DNA of 64,000 nt, from positions 21,749,710 through 21,813,709 of the forward strand of contig NC_069006.1 in NCBI RefSeq assembly GCF_001194135.2. The letters run 5' to 3'. Positions 38,632 through 53,140 of this stretch are shown piece after piece. The notes under the pieces are model-generated. The model saw nothing but the letters and a program-made list of their open reading frames with translations. It searched no databases and was not told the DNA's origin. Both the position numbers and the translations under genes were made by a program. Each line of letters opens with the position of its first letter. Positions within the stretch are counted from its first letter, which is position 1. The stretch comes from Octopus bimaculoides (taxonomy: Eukaryota).

Positions 38632-41352
38632 CCTGTCTATCAATCTATCATCTATCTATCACAAATCAATGAAGTTAAGCATAATATGTACTCTAGAAAT
38701 CACATAAAAAGAATATATATATATATATATATATATANNNNNNNNNNNNNNNNNNNNNNNNNNNNNNNNNNNNNNNNNNNNNNNNNNNNNNNNNNNNNNN
38801 NNNNNNNNNNNNNNNNNNNNNNNNNNNNNNNNNNNNNNNNNNNNNNNNNNNNNNNNNNNNNNNNNNNNNNNNNNNNNNNNNNNNNNNNNNNNNNNNNNNN
38901 NNNNNNNNNNNNNNNNNNNNNNNNNNNNNNNNNNNNNNNNNNNNNNNNNNNNNNNNNNNNNNNNNNNNNNNNNNNNNNNNNNNNNNNNNNNNNNNNNNNN
39001 NNNNNNNNNNNNNNNNNNNNNNNNNNNNNNNNNNNNNNNNNNNNNNNNNNNNNNNNNNNNNNNNNNNNNNNNNNNNNNNNNNNNNNNNNNNNNNNNNNNN
39101 NNNNNNNNNNNNNNNNNNNNNNNNNNNNNNNNNNNNNNNNNNNNNNNNNNNNNNNNNNNNNNNNNNNNNNNNNNNNNNNNNNNNNNNNNNNNNNNNNNNN
39201 NNNNACAGCATTACTATCACAGCAGTCGCTACTGCTGCTGCTGCTGTCGTTAATAATAATAATGATTATTATTATTATTATTAAACTCTGTCAAGGTGGC
39301 GGCTTGGCAGATTCGTTAGCACATTTCTTCCGTCTTCAAATGATCCGAGTTCAAATTCCGCCGAGGTCGACTTTGCCCTTTCATCCTTTCGGGGTCGATA
39401 AATTAACTTGTTTCAGTCATTTGACTGCGGCCATGCTGGAGCACCGCCTTTAGTCAATCAAATCGACCACCCCAGGACTTATTCTTTGTAAGCCTGGTAC
39501 TTATTCTGTCGGTCTCTTTTTGCCGAACCGTTAAGTTACGGTTGTTGACTGTCACTCTAAATGATTGTATTTTATTTTATCATAAAAGGGGGGATAGATT
39601 TAGTTGCATTATCCAAGGGGAAAGGGTGGCAATCATTCATGTATGATGATGATGATGATAATGAAAGCTGTTTGTTGGATAGAGGCCATGTATGAAATAA
39701 AATAATGAATGAATGAATGATTGTGATGCTGCTGTTGATGGCGATGAAGATATTGTATTCCACAATGGTGGTGATCACTTATGTTTATATATTTGTGTAT
39801 GTAAATAGATGCATGTGTTTATGTATGCCATGTATGTTTGTGTATGTATGTATCAGTGAATATACGTATGTTTGTATGGGTGTATGTATGCCTGTTTGTG
39901 TAAGTAGATGTATGCATGTGTATGTGTGTGTGTATATATATATATATGTACGTATTTTTATATGTAAATATGTATATGTATGTGTTTATGTGTATATATA
40001 TATATATAAAATTAAGGAAATAAAAATTTTTTGTGGAAAATTTTCATTTTCATTTTGGTGATACCATCTCCGAAGGAATGCCTACTGTTTATATAATGGC
40101 AATATTGTGGTGACGACGGTAGGTGATAATCAATTCACTGGTGGTGCTATTATTATAAATGGCAAATGAGCTAAAATCCTGCAAAGGTCGATTTTGTCTT
40201 TCATCCTTTCCAAAATAAAGAACCCAGTCAAGTACTTGGAACTCGAGGTAACTGATATGACCCCCTACCATCAAAACTGTAACTCTTGGGCCAAAATTTA
40301 AAAAAGAATCATTTACAAACGGCAATGGATGGATTCGAGACAACGACGAAGCTCTTAACCAGACAAGGACATCAGTTTTTCAAGGAGCGGGCCGCATGAA
40401 ACATGGTTCATCAACAGGCGGGCCGCACTACTAAAAGAAAATACGAGGTAACTTTTTTTTTTGTTAGGTGTGCCATTCAGAAAGCCACGCGGAACCTGTT
40501 GATTGCCTGTGACAGCTCTAAAGGAATGGTCGACCTGTTTAGAAATAGCAGCCAAATCTTCCTCAAATCACATCCCTACACTCTGTGTCTCTTACACATG
40601 CAGATGGAGAAAAACGGAAAGCCACGTTACACAACGTAATTACAAATACCCGTAAAAAAAAAAAAGACCTAGGGGTGGTGGACCTAAGGGGGTTAAAAGC
40701 ACAAGGGCCACAGCAATATGGTGATGGTGTTAAGAATTATAACAAATACGGCGATGAAAGTGAAGAAGATGATAATGATATCGCACATTGTCAAAAGGTC
40801 GTAATTTAAGGACACGGTCGTTCGACAGAATCGCTCTCAGATATTTGTTAACTGGCAATTAAACTATTGGCGATCCTTCGATACTGATCTATACAGGAGT
40901 CGATTCGAGAAGACGACGCCATTCACCCTTTCTATCTATGTCATAAGAGGAGGGAGGTTGTGTGATTTCGTAGAGCTCCCAAAAAACGGCGAAGTGCAAG
41001 GTCGGTCGATCTCAGCTGGATTCGAACGCAGAACCGAAAACGGGGACGCGGCTGAATACGCATGTTAAGTTATCTGTCAATGATGGTGATGATGATGATG
41101 ATGATGACGATGGTATAATAGTGGTGGAGTAGTTTGGGCATTTCTATTGCTTTCATTGTTTTGCATGTATTAACAAGTTTTATATTTTGGTCAAACCAAG
41201 ATAAAATAGGTCGAAGCATGTGTGTGTGTGTGTGTGTGTGTGTACATACACATACAAAATCACGAGTGGGTGTTGAAAAGTTCCTGGCTTTAAGGGCGTT
41301 ACATACATATATACACATACATACACACGCACCCACACATATAGACAGAGGC

Positions 41353-41416
41353 AAAAAATATGCACACCATCCGTTTTCGGTGTAACTCTAACCCTAAACA
41401 TTGGGTGTGCGTATTC
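41353..41416 (+). repeat. ~65-bp mini-element: TAYGCACACC...GGTGTGCGTA termini around TAACCC repeats
   Basis: A second copy lies in reverse orientation at 54031-54097. Confidence 0.7.
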
Positions 41417-43621
41417 TTTACTTACGCCTATATATATTAAAGTCTGTTAAAGTCTGTCATACCGGCCATGATGAAATACCACAAGGTATAGAAAATACGT
41501 ATTCGCCTTTATATAGTTAATCCTTTATATTGAACACTCAATATTTCATCTATTCAATAAGACATATTCCATATATTCAATAAGACATTCAATACTTTAT
41601 TTCATTGTACCATCCATTTTTATTTTATATTATATATTGTATATTATATTATATATTGTATATTCCATATTCTATACCCCACATTGGTTTTGCAGGAATA
41701 TAAATAAAACATAAAAAACAGACAGTGTTGGAACTCTTTTAAACAAAATAATATATTCCTCTATNNNNNNNNNNNNNNNNNNNNNNNNNNNNNNNNNNNN
41801 NNNNNNNNNNNNNNNNNNNNNNNNNNNNNNNNNNNNNNNNNNNNNNNNNNNNNNNNNNNNNNNNNNNNNNNNNNNNNNNNNNNNNNNNNNNNNNNNNNNN
41901 NNNNNNNNNNNNNNNNNNNNNNNNNNNNNNNNNNNNNNNNNNNNNNNNNNNNNNNNNNNNNNNNNNNNNNNNNNNNNNNNNNNNNNNNNNNNNNNNNNNN
42001 NNNNNNNNNNNNNNNNNNNNNNNNNNNNNNNNNNNNNNNNNNNNNNNNNNNNNNNNNTATATATGTTCATCGGCTAAATATTTTCAGGCTATTTGTCTCT
42101 ATTTACATATTACATATATGCATGTATATTTCATACATCGAGCCCAAGTGGTTTTATTTATTTGGATCATTATCTCCCTATATGTACACACACACACACA
42201 CACACACAGAGTAACAATTGGAAAATATATATATAGAACGTGGACGTAGTCGAACAGCAATAAATGATAAAGCTGCCACGTGAAAATCGAACCCAGACCC
42301 TTCGGTTGACACCGAAGGGCATTGTCTACGAGCTAAACAGCTGTTTACACACACACAAAAGCGCGATCGTGCGTACATGTGTCTTGTGTTTGACCCACGA
42401 CGACCAGTGTTGGTTTGTTTACGTCCTCGTAACTTAGCGGCTCGGCAAAAAGGGAACCCGAAGGATAAGTACAAGGCTTAAAATAAAACAAGTACCGAGG
42501 CTGATTCCTTCGACTAGAACCCTTCAAGGCGGTGCCCCAGCATGACCGCAGTCCAGTGACTAGAACGAGTCCCTTCAAGGCGGTGCCCCAGCATGACCAC
42601 AGTCCAGTGACTGGAACGAGTAAAAGATAGATAAAGATCACTAAAACCTCTTTAATTATATTTATGTCTGTTGATCGGAGAATAAATAACAGGATAATAT
42701 TTTTCTTTTAAAGAATGATGCTAGAAGGTTGACGAACCCCCAGTCCGGAGCCCAGGGTGAAACAGGAAGGGTTAAAATTTTATATAATTCAGGTCGGTAG
42801 GTGATTTGTGAGGAAGAATTAAGACTGATAGAAACGTTGATCTGTAAGAGATGAGTAAAGATTGAGGAGGACTCGGGAGACTGACCAACGTCTTAAGTCT
42901 GTAATATGCTTATGTTATGTGTGATGTTATTAATAAGGTTTGTGACAGGTTTAAGCTGACTGTACTTGAAGATTAGGAGAAATTAGAGGGTGAAGAGGAG
43001 AGAGAGAGAGGTGAAGAAAAATAGAGAAGGAGAAAGGGAGAGAGAGAAAAAGACAGAGAAAGAAATGTTAAGAGAGAGGGGGGAGTGGATTAGAAAGAAA
43101 AAGGAAGAAAAAATAAAGATGATATTCGTTAAATAAGTGACGTATACATAAAGAGATGGGAATGAGTGAGAAAAAAGAGAGAAAGACAGACAGGTAGAAA
43201 GAAGGCAAAGAAAGAGTGGGTGGGAGAAAGGAGAAATGCAAAGAGATTAACAGAGAGGGAAAGAGAGAGGGGGGTGGAGAGGAATGGACAAAGTAAGCTT
43301 AGAGAGAAATAAAGAGAGGGAGGATAAAAGGGGGAGGAGAGAAATAAAGACGGGGAAAGAAGAAATAATAGAGAAAGAGAGACAAAATACTGTAAAAAAA
43401 GGGAGGGAGGGATGAAATAGAAAGAGAGACTGACAGAAGGGGAGGGAGAGAGAGAGAAAAGCAGGCAAGAGAGACGGGGGGAGAGGTGAGAAAGTGGTGG
43501 TGGTGTTTCGAATAAACTTAATCTGTATGCGTGCGTGCGTAGTGTCATCTGACGTGCAGTTTTAAGTAACACAGTTAATTTAGAGACATATGTCGGTACA
43601 TAAATAGAAACAGACAGACAG

Positions 43622-43655
<34 letters not shown>

Positions 43656-45253
43656 ATAGGGAAATAGATAGATAGATAGTTATATAGATGGATAGATAGA
43701 TAGATAGATAGATAGGTAGAGAAGATGTGTTTTGAGTTATATAATCCAGTCCAGTAAGCATGAATCGTGTGGTAACAGTGATATAAAATATGTTATAAAG
43801 ATGAGAGAGAGAGAGAGAGAGAGAGAGAGGAAGGGAGAGACAGACAAACAGATGTCCTTACTTGAAAAAGAAAGAGAGGAGGAGGAGGAGGAGGATAATG
43901 ATAATAATTATGGTGTTGGTGGCGATGGCGATACACACACACACACACACAAATTTCTTTTTATTTCTTTGGCTTCAGTCGAAATGCAGCCATGCTGGGG
44001 CACCACCTTGAAGGTTTTTAGTCCAACAAATTTTGTTTCAAGACTACTATTCATTGCTTNNNNNNNNNNNNNNNNNNNNNNNNNNNNNNNNNNNNNNNNN
44101 NNNNNNNNNNNNNNNNNNNNNNNNNNNNNNNNNNNNNNNNNNNNNNNNNNNNNNNNNNNNNNNNNNNNNNNNNNNNNNNNNNNNNNNNNNNNNNNNNNNN
44201 NNNNNNNNNNNNNNNNNNNNNNNNNNNNNNNNNNNNNNNNNNNNNNNNNNNNNNNNNNNNNNNNNNNNNNNNNNNNNNNNNNNNNNNNNNNNNNNNNNNN
44301 NNNNNNNNNNNNNNNNNNNNNNNNNNNNNNNNNNNNNNNNNNNTGATTTAGTATTCGGCTCACGATCATAAAGTCGTGAGTTCGATTCCTATGTCCTTCA
44401 ACAAGACACTTTATTTCACGTTGCTCAAGTGCACTCGGTTGGCAAAAATAAGCTGTACCTGTATTTCAAAAGAGGAAGGGAGAGACAAAAAGATATCCTT
44501 ACTTCAAAGAGAGAGAGAAAGACAGAGAGAGAGAGGAGGAGGGGAGGGTAATCATAATTATGGTGTTGGTGGCGATGGCGATACACACACACACACACAC
44601 AAATTTCTTTTTATTTCTTTGGCTTCAGTCGAAATGCAGCCATGCTGGGGCACCACCTTGAAGGTTTTTAGTCCAACAAATTTTGTTTCAAGACTACTAT
44701 TCATTGCTTCAGTTTCTTGCCGAACTGCTAAGTTACAGGATGTAAACAAACGAATGCAGGTTGCCAAGTAGTGGTGGTAGGGAGACACACAGACAGACAG
44801 ACAGACACATATATATCTATGCATATCACATGTGTACACAATAAAGATGAATGAAGGTATATCAAATATCACACAATTCTCGATTTTTATTAAAATGATG
44901 TTCCCTTCGAGAGAGAAGAATAAACGAATGGTTTATGATGAGAAGAGGAAATAATGTTAAAGAAGAAAGAATTGTTTGAACTCGGCATGTCATTATGGAA
45001 ACGGTAACCTGATTGACTGGAGACAAAAGGGACAGAGTTGCAAGGCAAATGCCAGCCTCAATAAATATTGGCAATGAAGATATGGAGGTGTTCTACTTGT
45101 CTCCAACGTAGGAGGTACTTAGACAAACAAAAAAGGTTAGAAAGCATTTATTGGCCCAGGGTAGCAATATACAAACATATGTGCATGTATATATATATAT
45201 ACAGTGAGTCTTGCAGCAATTTACTTAGCCCCCTCAAGACACACACACACATT

Positions 45254-45473
45254 TGAGGGGGTGCTGAAAAGGTCCTGGTTTGGGTTAAAAAAAAAATACA
45301 GGGAGATTAGTTAATTATGATTTTATCCAACATGTTTCCCTCTCAGGTTCACACACTTATTGAAGCAGTCCTTCAGTTTTTCTAAGCCTTTTCAAAGAAC
45401 TTGGAAGATTGGGTCTCCAACCAAACCTTTTGCGATACCTTTTTGAAGCCACCAACTCTTCAGTATCCCCTTA
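45254..45473. mobile_element. Second, more decayed copy of the same mariner-type MITE
   Basis: Colinear with 19302-19522 (TGAGGGGGTGCTGAAAAGGTCCTGG...TTAATTATGATTTTAT...CTTCAGTTTTTCTAAGCC...). Confidence 0.75.
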
Positions 45474-45783
45474 TGCTTATGTTGGTGTGTTTATGTCCCT
45501 GTAAGTTAGCAGTTCGGCAAAAAAAAAAAAGACCGACAGAATAAGTACTAGGCTTACAAAGAATAAGTCCTGGGGTCGATTTGTTCGACTAAAGGCGGTG
45601 CTCCAGCATGGCTGCAGTCAAATGATCGAGACAAATAAAAGAGTATACACGCACACACGGGTACATATATACATGTACACACACATACAGATACATCTAT
45701 AAAGACATACATTCTCACATATACATAAACATCTACTTATATATATATATACATACATACATTCATATACAAAGATGTGTGTG

Positions 45784-45827
<44 letters not shown>

Positions 45828-45857
45828 CATACATACATTCATATACAAAGATGTGTG

Positions 45858-45891
<34 letters not shown>

Positions 45892-46037
45892 CATACATAC
45901 ATTCATATACAAAGATGTGTGTGTATNNNNNNNNNNNNNNNNNNNNNNNNNNNNNNNNNNTATATATATATATACATACATACACACACTTATGCTTACA
46001 CACACATATGTTCAATGATACACATATGCATACATAT

Positions 46038-46071
<34 letters not shown>

Positions 46072-49000
46072 CGATATACCCATAGATATACACCTCTAAC
46101 GTACATGTGTATATTTTATAGCACAGATAATGTGCCTGCTTTACAAGAGATAGACTCTTTCCATATTATCAGATGATGATAACGATAAAAAAGTTATTTG
46201 AAATGTTATGTGTAAATGGTCACGTAAAGGATAGAAATTCTGGTCTCATTTTCATGTTGTTTGTTTTTTTGTTTTGTTTTTGTCATATTCTATTGTAATA
46301 CAGTAGCAAGTGATGATTTGAAAACATGATATATTTGGACAATAACATCATCATCATCATTGTCATCACTATCATGATCATAATTGTCATTGGCATTATT
46401 ACTGTCATCATTACTGACATTATCATCATCACCAACATTATTGTCAATTATCATTGTCGTCATTGTCACTGTCGTCATCATCATTATCATTATCGTCATC
46501 ATCATCGTCGTCATCGTCATCATTCTAATGTCCACTTTTCCATACTTGCATGGGTTTCATCTTTTGCTTGTTTCAGTTAACATAATGTGGCCATGCTGGA
46601 GCACAGCTTCAATGAATAAAAAAAAAGTTGAATGGTTTGACCCCAGTACTTTTTTGTTTTTTTAATGTCACAAACAATCACTCACTCTTTCCATAATGAA
46701 TCATTGATTAAATCATTAAAGAGACAAATCAGGTAACTTTCACTTTCACTTCATAAGCATTTAATGCCAATTTGCTTTTCATTTTCACTTCTGCACTCTT
46801 GCTCTTCAGTGGAAAGTAAATAACTCTTTCTTTCTTCTACCTTGTGGTCTTTATTCTGTATCTCTGTGTTCAGAGTTCAAATCCTGCTGAGATCAACTTT
46901 GTCTCTTATTCTTTTTCGCAGGTGAGTAATATAAGAAAAAGGCTAATCTAGGGCAGTGGATTAGTAGAGCTATAAGAACATTAAATCAAATGTCTTGCAG
47001 TTTCTGTCCTAGTTCTTTGTGTTCTGAGTTTAAATACTGCCAGCAGATTTAATCTGTCGTTTGGTTTTGCACCACTAACTAACACTTTGGATGCTTTTAG
47101 TGGAATCTCCTCTATTGTAAGCATTCATGCTAGGATGAACAACAGCCCCTAAGACTAGAACTGATTTCAGGGCCTTTGAGACAGGTGTGAAACTCGAATC
47201 CTGGTCCAAACTTTTACACAAGCATGGCTGTGTGAGTAAGAAGCTTGCTTCCCAACTATGTTGGTCTATGGTTCAATCTCACTGCACAACACGTTGGGCA
47301 AGTGTCTTCTTATATAGCCACAGACCAACCAAAGCCTTGTGAGGGGATTTGATAGACAGAAACTAAAAGGAACATGTTGTATATGCATGGTGCCTTGTCT
47401 TGACATCATGTGATGGTTGTAAATGGGCATCACCATCATACAAGTGATGTTTGTTTCCAGCCTTTTATCGAACCATGGGGAAATATCACTTTGTCTGGTA
47501 ACATGTGAGGGTTGGCAACAGGAAGGGCATCCAGCTGTTGAAGATCTGCCTCAATAAATTCCATCTGACCTATGCTACCATGGAAAATGAATGATTAGGA
47601 TGATGAGGACAGTCATAACTTAGAGCTCGAAATGTTTTAAGATTTCACTCCCCACAACAACTGAACTTATTCAACATTCCACGAACTCTTCATTAAACGA
47701 ATAAGTTTGATCCCTTTAGGACCCAAGTTCAAACGCTATTGGGCACATTTTTTTTTTGCTTTCCTGGGGGTAGATTGCCATCATCATCATCGTTTAAATG
47801 CTCACTTTTCCATGCTTGCATGGGTTAGATGGAATTTTGTCAAAGCAGATTTTCAACAGCCAGATGACCTTTCTGTCACTAACCCACAACTGTTTCAAAG
47901 CAAGGTAAATATTTCCCCACGACCAAACAAGTCTTCGTGAAAGATTGGCAACGAAGAACACCGCTTGCATGACGGTGACATTCGCTTACAACTATCACAC
48001 GATGGAGACAATATAACACACGCACACACACACACGTATGATCCGGGCTTGTTTCACTCACAAAGCTTTGGTCGGCACGGGACTATCCATTGTAGAAGTC
48101 ACTTGCCCAAGGTGCTGCGCAGCGGGACTGAACCCCAAGCCCACACGGTTAGGAGGCAAGCCTCTTGACTACACAGTCACGTCTGCGCTTATGAATTAAT
48201 AATTTCGCTAGAATGAAAATTAAACCTTCTTGAAAAATTAAAATTAGATTAATTAGTCATCAAACTCCCACCTCCCAGAATAAAAGAGTTTCTTTTAATT
48301 ATTCCAATGTCCCATGTTTTTGTTTACATTAAGTAGCAGAAACTGAAGTGTTTGGTTACAAGTTTTAGTTTTCCTCAATGGCACGGATTGTTTCAAGTAC
48401 TAGGTCAACTTTTGATCAAAAGGAATTGTTGCCATGACCATCACGTCTTTTTCAGGAGATATCTATGAATATTATTGTCCAACGAGCCTGTCCCTGTTTA
48501 AGGCAGTGGGGATGTGTGATTAACATAGATCTGGCTACTATTTCCAGCAGACTGAGCAACCACGTGGAGGCACTTTCGTTGACCCGGATTGTATAGTAGC
48601 TGTTTGTTTTCCCCCCACCCGCCCCCCTTAGGTCACACTTTCATTGAGCGTATAACCGTGATCAAAGCAAAGAAATTCATTCAAACCATGACCAATCCGA
48701 GAAAGAAGTGTTATCGAAAGGAAGGAGGCAGACGAAAAAATGCCAAAAAAGAAAATGAAATAATTAGTTTCAGAATCGTAAAAAAAAAAAAAAAAAAAAA
48801 AAAAAAANNNNNNNNNNNNNNNNNNNNNNNNNNNNNNNNNNNNNNNNNNNNNNNNNNNNNNNNNNNNNNNNNNNNNNNNNNNNNNNNNNNNNNNNNNNNN
48901 NNNNNNNNNNNNNNNNNNNNNNNNNNNNNNNNNNNNNNNNNNNNNNNNNNNNNNNNNNNNNNNNNNNNNNNNNNNNNNNNNNNNNNNNNNNNNNNNNNNN

Positions 49001-49617
49001 NNNNNNNNNNNNNNNNNNNNNNNNNNNNNNNNNNNNNNNNNNNNNNNNNNNNNNNNNNNNNNNNNNNNNNNNNNNNNNNNNNNNNNNNNNNNNNNNNNNN
49101 NNNNNNNNNNNNNNNNNNNNNNNNNNNNNNNNNNNNNNNNNNNNNNNNNNNNNNNNNNNNNNNNNNNNNNNNNNNNNNNNNNNNNNNNNNNNNNNNNNNN
49201 NNNNNNNNNNNNNNNNNNNNNNNNNNNNNNNNNNNNNNNNNNNNNNNNNNNNNNNNNNNNNNNNNNNNNNNNNNNNNNNNNNNNNNNNNNNNNNNNNNNN
49301 NNNNNNNNNNNNNNNNNNNNNNNNNNNNNNNNNNNNNNNNNNNNNNNNNNNNNNNNNNNNNNNNNNNNNNNNNNNNNNNNNNNNNNNNNNNNNNNNNNNN
49401 NNNNNNNNNNNNNNNNNNNNNNNNNNNNNNNNNNNNNNNNNNNNNNNNNNNNNNNNNNNNNNNNNNNNNNNNNNNNNNNNNNNNNNNNNNNNNNNNNNNN
49501 NNNNNNNNNNNNNNNNNNNNNNNNNNNNNNNNNNNNNNNNNNNNNNNNNNNNNNNNNNNNNNNNNNNNNNNNNNNNNNNNNNNNNNNNNNNNNNNNNNNN
49601 NNNNNNNNNNNNNNNNN

Positions 49618-49670
<53 letters not shown>

Positions 49671-49947
49671 ATATATGTGTATATGGAAGGGTCCTTCTCG
49701 TATGAGTACTCTAGATCATGTAAATCATACGCACACATATAATTTTAACGCATTTCTACAATTCTATCATGCTTTATATTTTCAAAATTATATGATCGAA
49801 AACAAACACTTAAGCTCAGATTATATAGCCTATATGTGTGTATATATAGTCTCTAACGCATTCAGTACTTTTTCACGCTTGTAAACACCAAACGTAGGTC
49901 TATATACGCGCACACAATAGTCTTATATACATGCCGTAAAAAGGTTC

Positions 49948-49985
<38 letters not shown>

Positions 49986-50297
49986 GTACACGTATGTATG
50001 TATATGTGTGTATAAATGATAGCAAGAATCATGAGAGCGTCGAGGAAAATCCCTTTCAGTACACATCGTGGCCTCCACATTGTGAGTTCAAATCACTCCA
50101 GGGTCAACTTTGCGTTTCATCTTTTTAGGGGATCAACAAAATAAAAGTCCCCGTCAAGTAATTGAATCGATTAAATCGATTAATCACTTCTGGCAAAATA
50201 TCTAACCTCATGTCTATTAGAACAAACAATAATCATATGAATTAATATTATTATTGTTATTATATAAATGAAAGCAAAAAGAAAAAGGAGAACCTAC

Positions 50298-50506
50298 TAG
50301 TGGTCAAGGTATTGTCTTATCCATTCCAGACATTCTCCTTCTACTTCGCATTGTACGATGTGATCGTAAAACAATTGTATTTTTTTGTCTTGTTCGTCTT
50401 CGGCAAGATTCGAACCTCCGGTCGATCTTCTCTTTGATCTCAAATGCTGACAGAAATTATCCAGAAATCGTCGGTAAGACTGTACATCGTTGCCGTAGGA
50501 TGCCAT
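50298..50506 (-). CDS. PPM1E: First coding exon of a PPM1E/PPM1F-family Mg/Mn-dependent PP2C phosphatase (POPX1/CaMKP-N-like)
   Basis: ATG at 50506 gives MASYGNDVQSYRRFLDNFCQHLR...IVQCEVEGECLEWIRQYLDH+TA, followed by a GTAGGT donor at 50297. It matches recalled human PPM1E [23 protein letters not shown]...[21 protein letters not shown]: YRRFL at residues 11-15 in both, EVEGE motif, and a phase-2 intron in the Tyr codon as recalled for human exon 1. Probably the single invertebrate pro-ortholog of PPM1E/F. Confidence 0.85.
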
Positions 50507-50732
50507 TCCGGTACTTGTACTGGTGGTGGTCGGCAGCGAACGGCATTCGCCAGACGACAACACAACATAGAGAGATTAAAAGCCTGTTTTCAAGCGAGGA
50601 TCAGTTATATATATGTATATGTATGTATGTATATTTATATATATATACATACATGTGTGTGCAGATGTATATAACAACGTACGGACAGTTTCTATCCTTC
50701 TATCCTCCTCTTTTCTGCAGAACGATTTTTCA
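50507..50732 (-). other. PPM1E: 5'UTR portion of the PPM1E first coding exon
   Basis: Strong minus-strand acceptor TTCTGTTTATTCACTTTCTTTGACTGCAG| with the exon starting at 50732 (a second CAG lies 18 nt downstream). This implies an upstream non-coding exon. Confidence 0.5.
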
Positions 50733-51438
50733 CTGCAGTCAAAGAAAGTGAATAAACAGAATCCAAAAGGAAAATTAACAACAAAAACAAAGCACGCTAC
50801 CTCCCCCTCTCACTCATTCTTTCTCTCTATCTGACACTGTGTCTTTTGCTCTTTCTCTCTGTCGCAGTTACCCTCTGCCTTCTCCTCCCTCATTCACACA
50901 ACTCTCCCTATTATTAATTTTACTCACTCCGCTACCCCTCTTGCTTTTTTAATCTCCGTCCTCTACTCGTCTTTCTCACCATCTCCCTATCGTTCTTTCA
51001 CCTTCTCTCTCTCTCTCTCTCTCACTCTCTCTCTCTCTCTCTCTCTTCAGCTACCTCTTACTCCTCCCACAACGACACACCTCCCGTCTAACTCTTACTC
51101 CTACTCCCACCTCCTCGCTCTTTATACACTTTTCTTTGCTTTTCTTTTTTCCTTTTCTTTCTTTCATTCTTTTCTCATTCAAGCAGTTGCCTTCCTCTCC
51201 TCTTTATGTTCCTGTTTCAAACTCTTTCACTACACACACACACACACACACACACACGTTTATATGTGTCTATTTATGATAAATGCATGTATGTAATATA
51301 GTATACAGTAATCTATAGATCTTAATCACGGGGCTTGATCAAACGGAGTTATATAGATTTATAAATATACACTATTTCATTTCCTGTGTCTTTTAATTTA
51401 TCTGCATAAATATGTATATACATGAACATATATATATA

Positions 51439-51473
<35 letters not shown>

Positions 51474-52949
51474 CATATGGTTTCTCTCTTACTGTCCCCC
51501 TGAAACTTACATGCCTCCTACACTCTCCTCCACTTCTCTCTCTCGCCATGTATATATAACACACACACACACACACATACACATACACCACTTCTATTCC
51601 GCCACCATTTGCCCTCCCCCATCTCTCCATATATAACTTTGATCGCCTACTCGCTTATCTCCCCTGCTATGCTTTCTCTCTCTCTCTCTCTCTTTTTCTC
51701 TCTCTGTTTGTCTGTCTCTTTCTCTGTCCCCCCTCTCTCTCTCTCTCTCTGTCCGCAAACTTCATTTCTGTATTTACTTTAATTTTCCTCTACTCATAAA
51801 TATATAGACATTTATCTTCTAATCTGTTTCATTTTATTCTATTTCATTTCACCGTTTGTTTTCTTTTTTCATTCACATTAATCTTGTTTTCTTTTTAAAT
51901 CTCTGTTCTATCAGTTATCTCTTACCCGAACCCCCACACCTATATCATCAGTTTCTTTTTATTCCAGCGTATATTTCCAAAATTTTAGGTGATGGGCAAC
52001 AGACGATTAAATTGTCCACAGTTACTTGACACGTGAGTTCGAATCCCACTCGAGACGATAGAATTAAGTACCGGTCAAAAACCGCGTAACAATATAATTA
52101 AATAAAACCCATCATACCTCTTCAAGTTAGTGACATTGTGCCGATGTTATCTATTTTACTAATCAAAGAAGAATGAAAGGGCACAAACTACTTCGACAAA
52201 ATTTAAACTTGGCGCATAAAGAATTTACGAATTACTAACATAAGTACAAGACCACACAGGCGAAAAGAAGCTGGTAGTATTTTCTTTTATTGACATGGGG
52301 GAAAAGGCAGGGTCGACCCCAACGTCTGCTGCATTTGAACTCACAACTTACAAAGTCTCTTGGCCTGCAACTTCGGAGGTGAGGCTAAGTTGGTTACATC
52401 GCACTCGATGTTCAACTGGTACTTCTTTTATCAACCCCGATAGGATGAAAGACAGAGCCGACCCCGCAGGCATGAGAGACTAAAAGAACTTCAAAAGAAA
52501 ACAAAGAAATAGCTGAAGGCTTGGGCCGTCTCAAAGCATGACCACACTGTGTTGTTCTCCCGGGTGAGGGTTGGGTTGGGGGGGGGGTCTCGCTGATTTA
52601 GACGGCCCAGTTTTGATCAACATATGTTGTGTGGCTTGATGTCAGTATAAATACTTATAGGGCCCAGTGCATTGATTAGCCCGGGGGTCTATAATGCTGC
52701 TTTAACGGCCCTGCAGAAGGCAGCAGGGGGGGATTTTTCGTTAATTCTTTCTTTGCATAATATATACGCGTTTTTCTACGTTGACCAACTTCCTTCCGTG
52801 CTTCTGTTCCGTTCTTTCTTTATTCTCTTTCTGACTGATGTTTTCCCCATATCTCCATGGCAATGTTTTGCCCCCCCCTCTCTCTCCCTCTCTCTCTCTA
52901 CATGATTATTAAACACTCCGCTGATGCAGGGAGCAGCCAGAATCGTTGG

Positions 52950-53140
52950 ATCGTCGAGCAGAAATGCTTAGCGGCATTTTCTTTCGGCTCTTCATATTCC
53001 GAGTTCAAATCCCACTGTGGTCTCCTTTGACTTCCATCTTTTCAGTGTCGATAAAAATGAAGTTACCAGTTCAAAGTACTCGAGTCGGTGTAATCACTCT
53101 GCGCCTCCCTTCAAAATTTCTGGCCTTATCCCCAAATTAG
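52950..53140 (+). mobile_element. SINE family B copy
   Basis: GCAGAAATGCTTAGCGGCATT...GAGTTCAAATCC...CAAAATTTCTGGCCTT. Confidence 0.7.

Noticed and set aside
43880-44710. Direct duplications flanking gaps (43880-44059 / 44540-44710; also at 27393, 31784 and 45927)
   Set aside because: Typical of unmerged contig overlaps or haplotypes at scaffold gaps; probably assembly artefacts.
48430-48450. Minus-strand DGHG, resembling the PP2C FDGHGG motif
   Set aside because: The context is KRRDGHGNN within a dispersed repeat; no flanking PP2C similarity.
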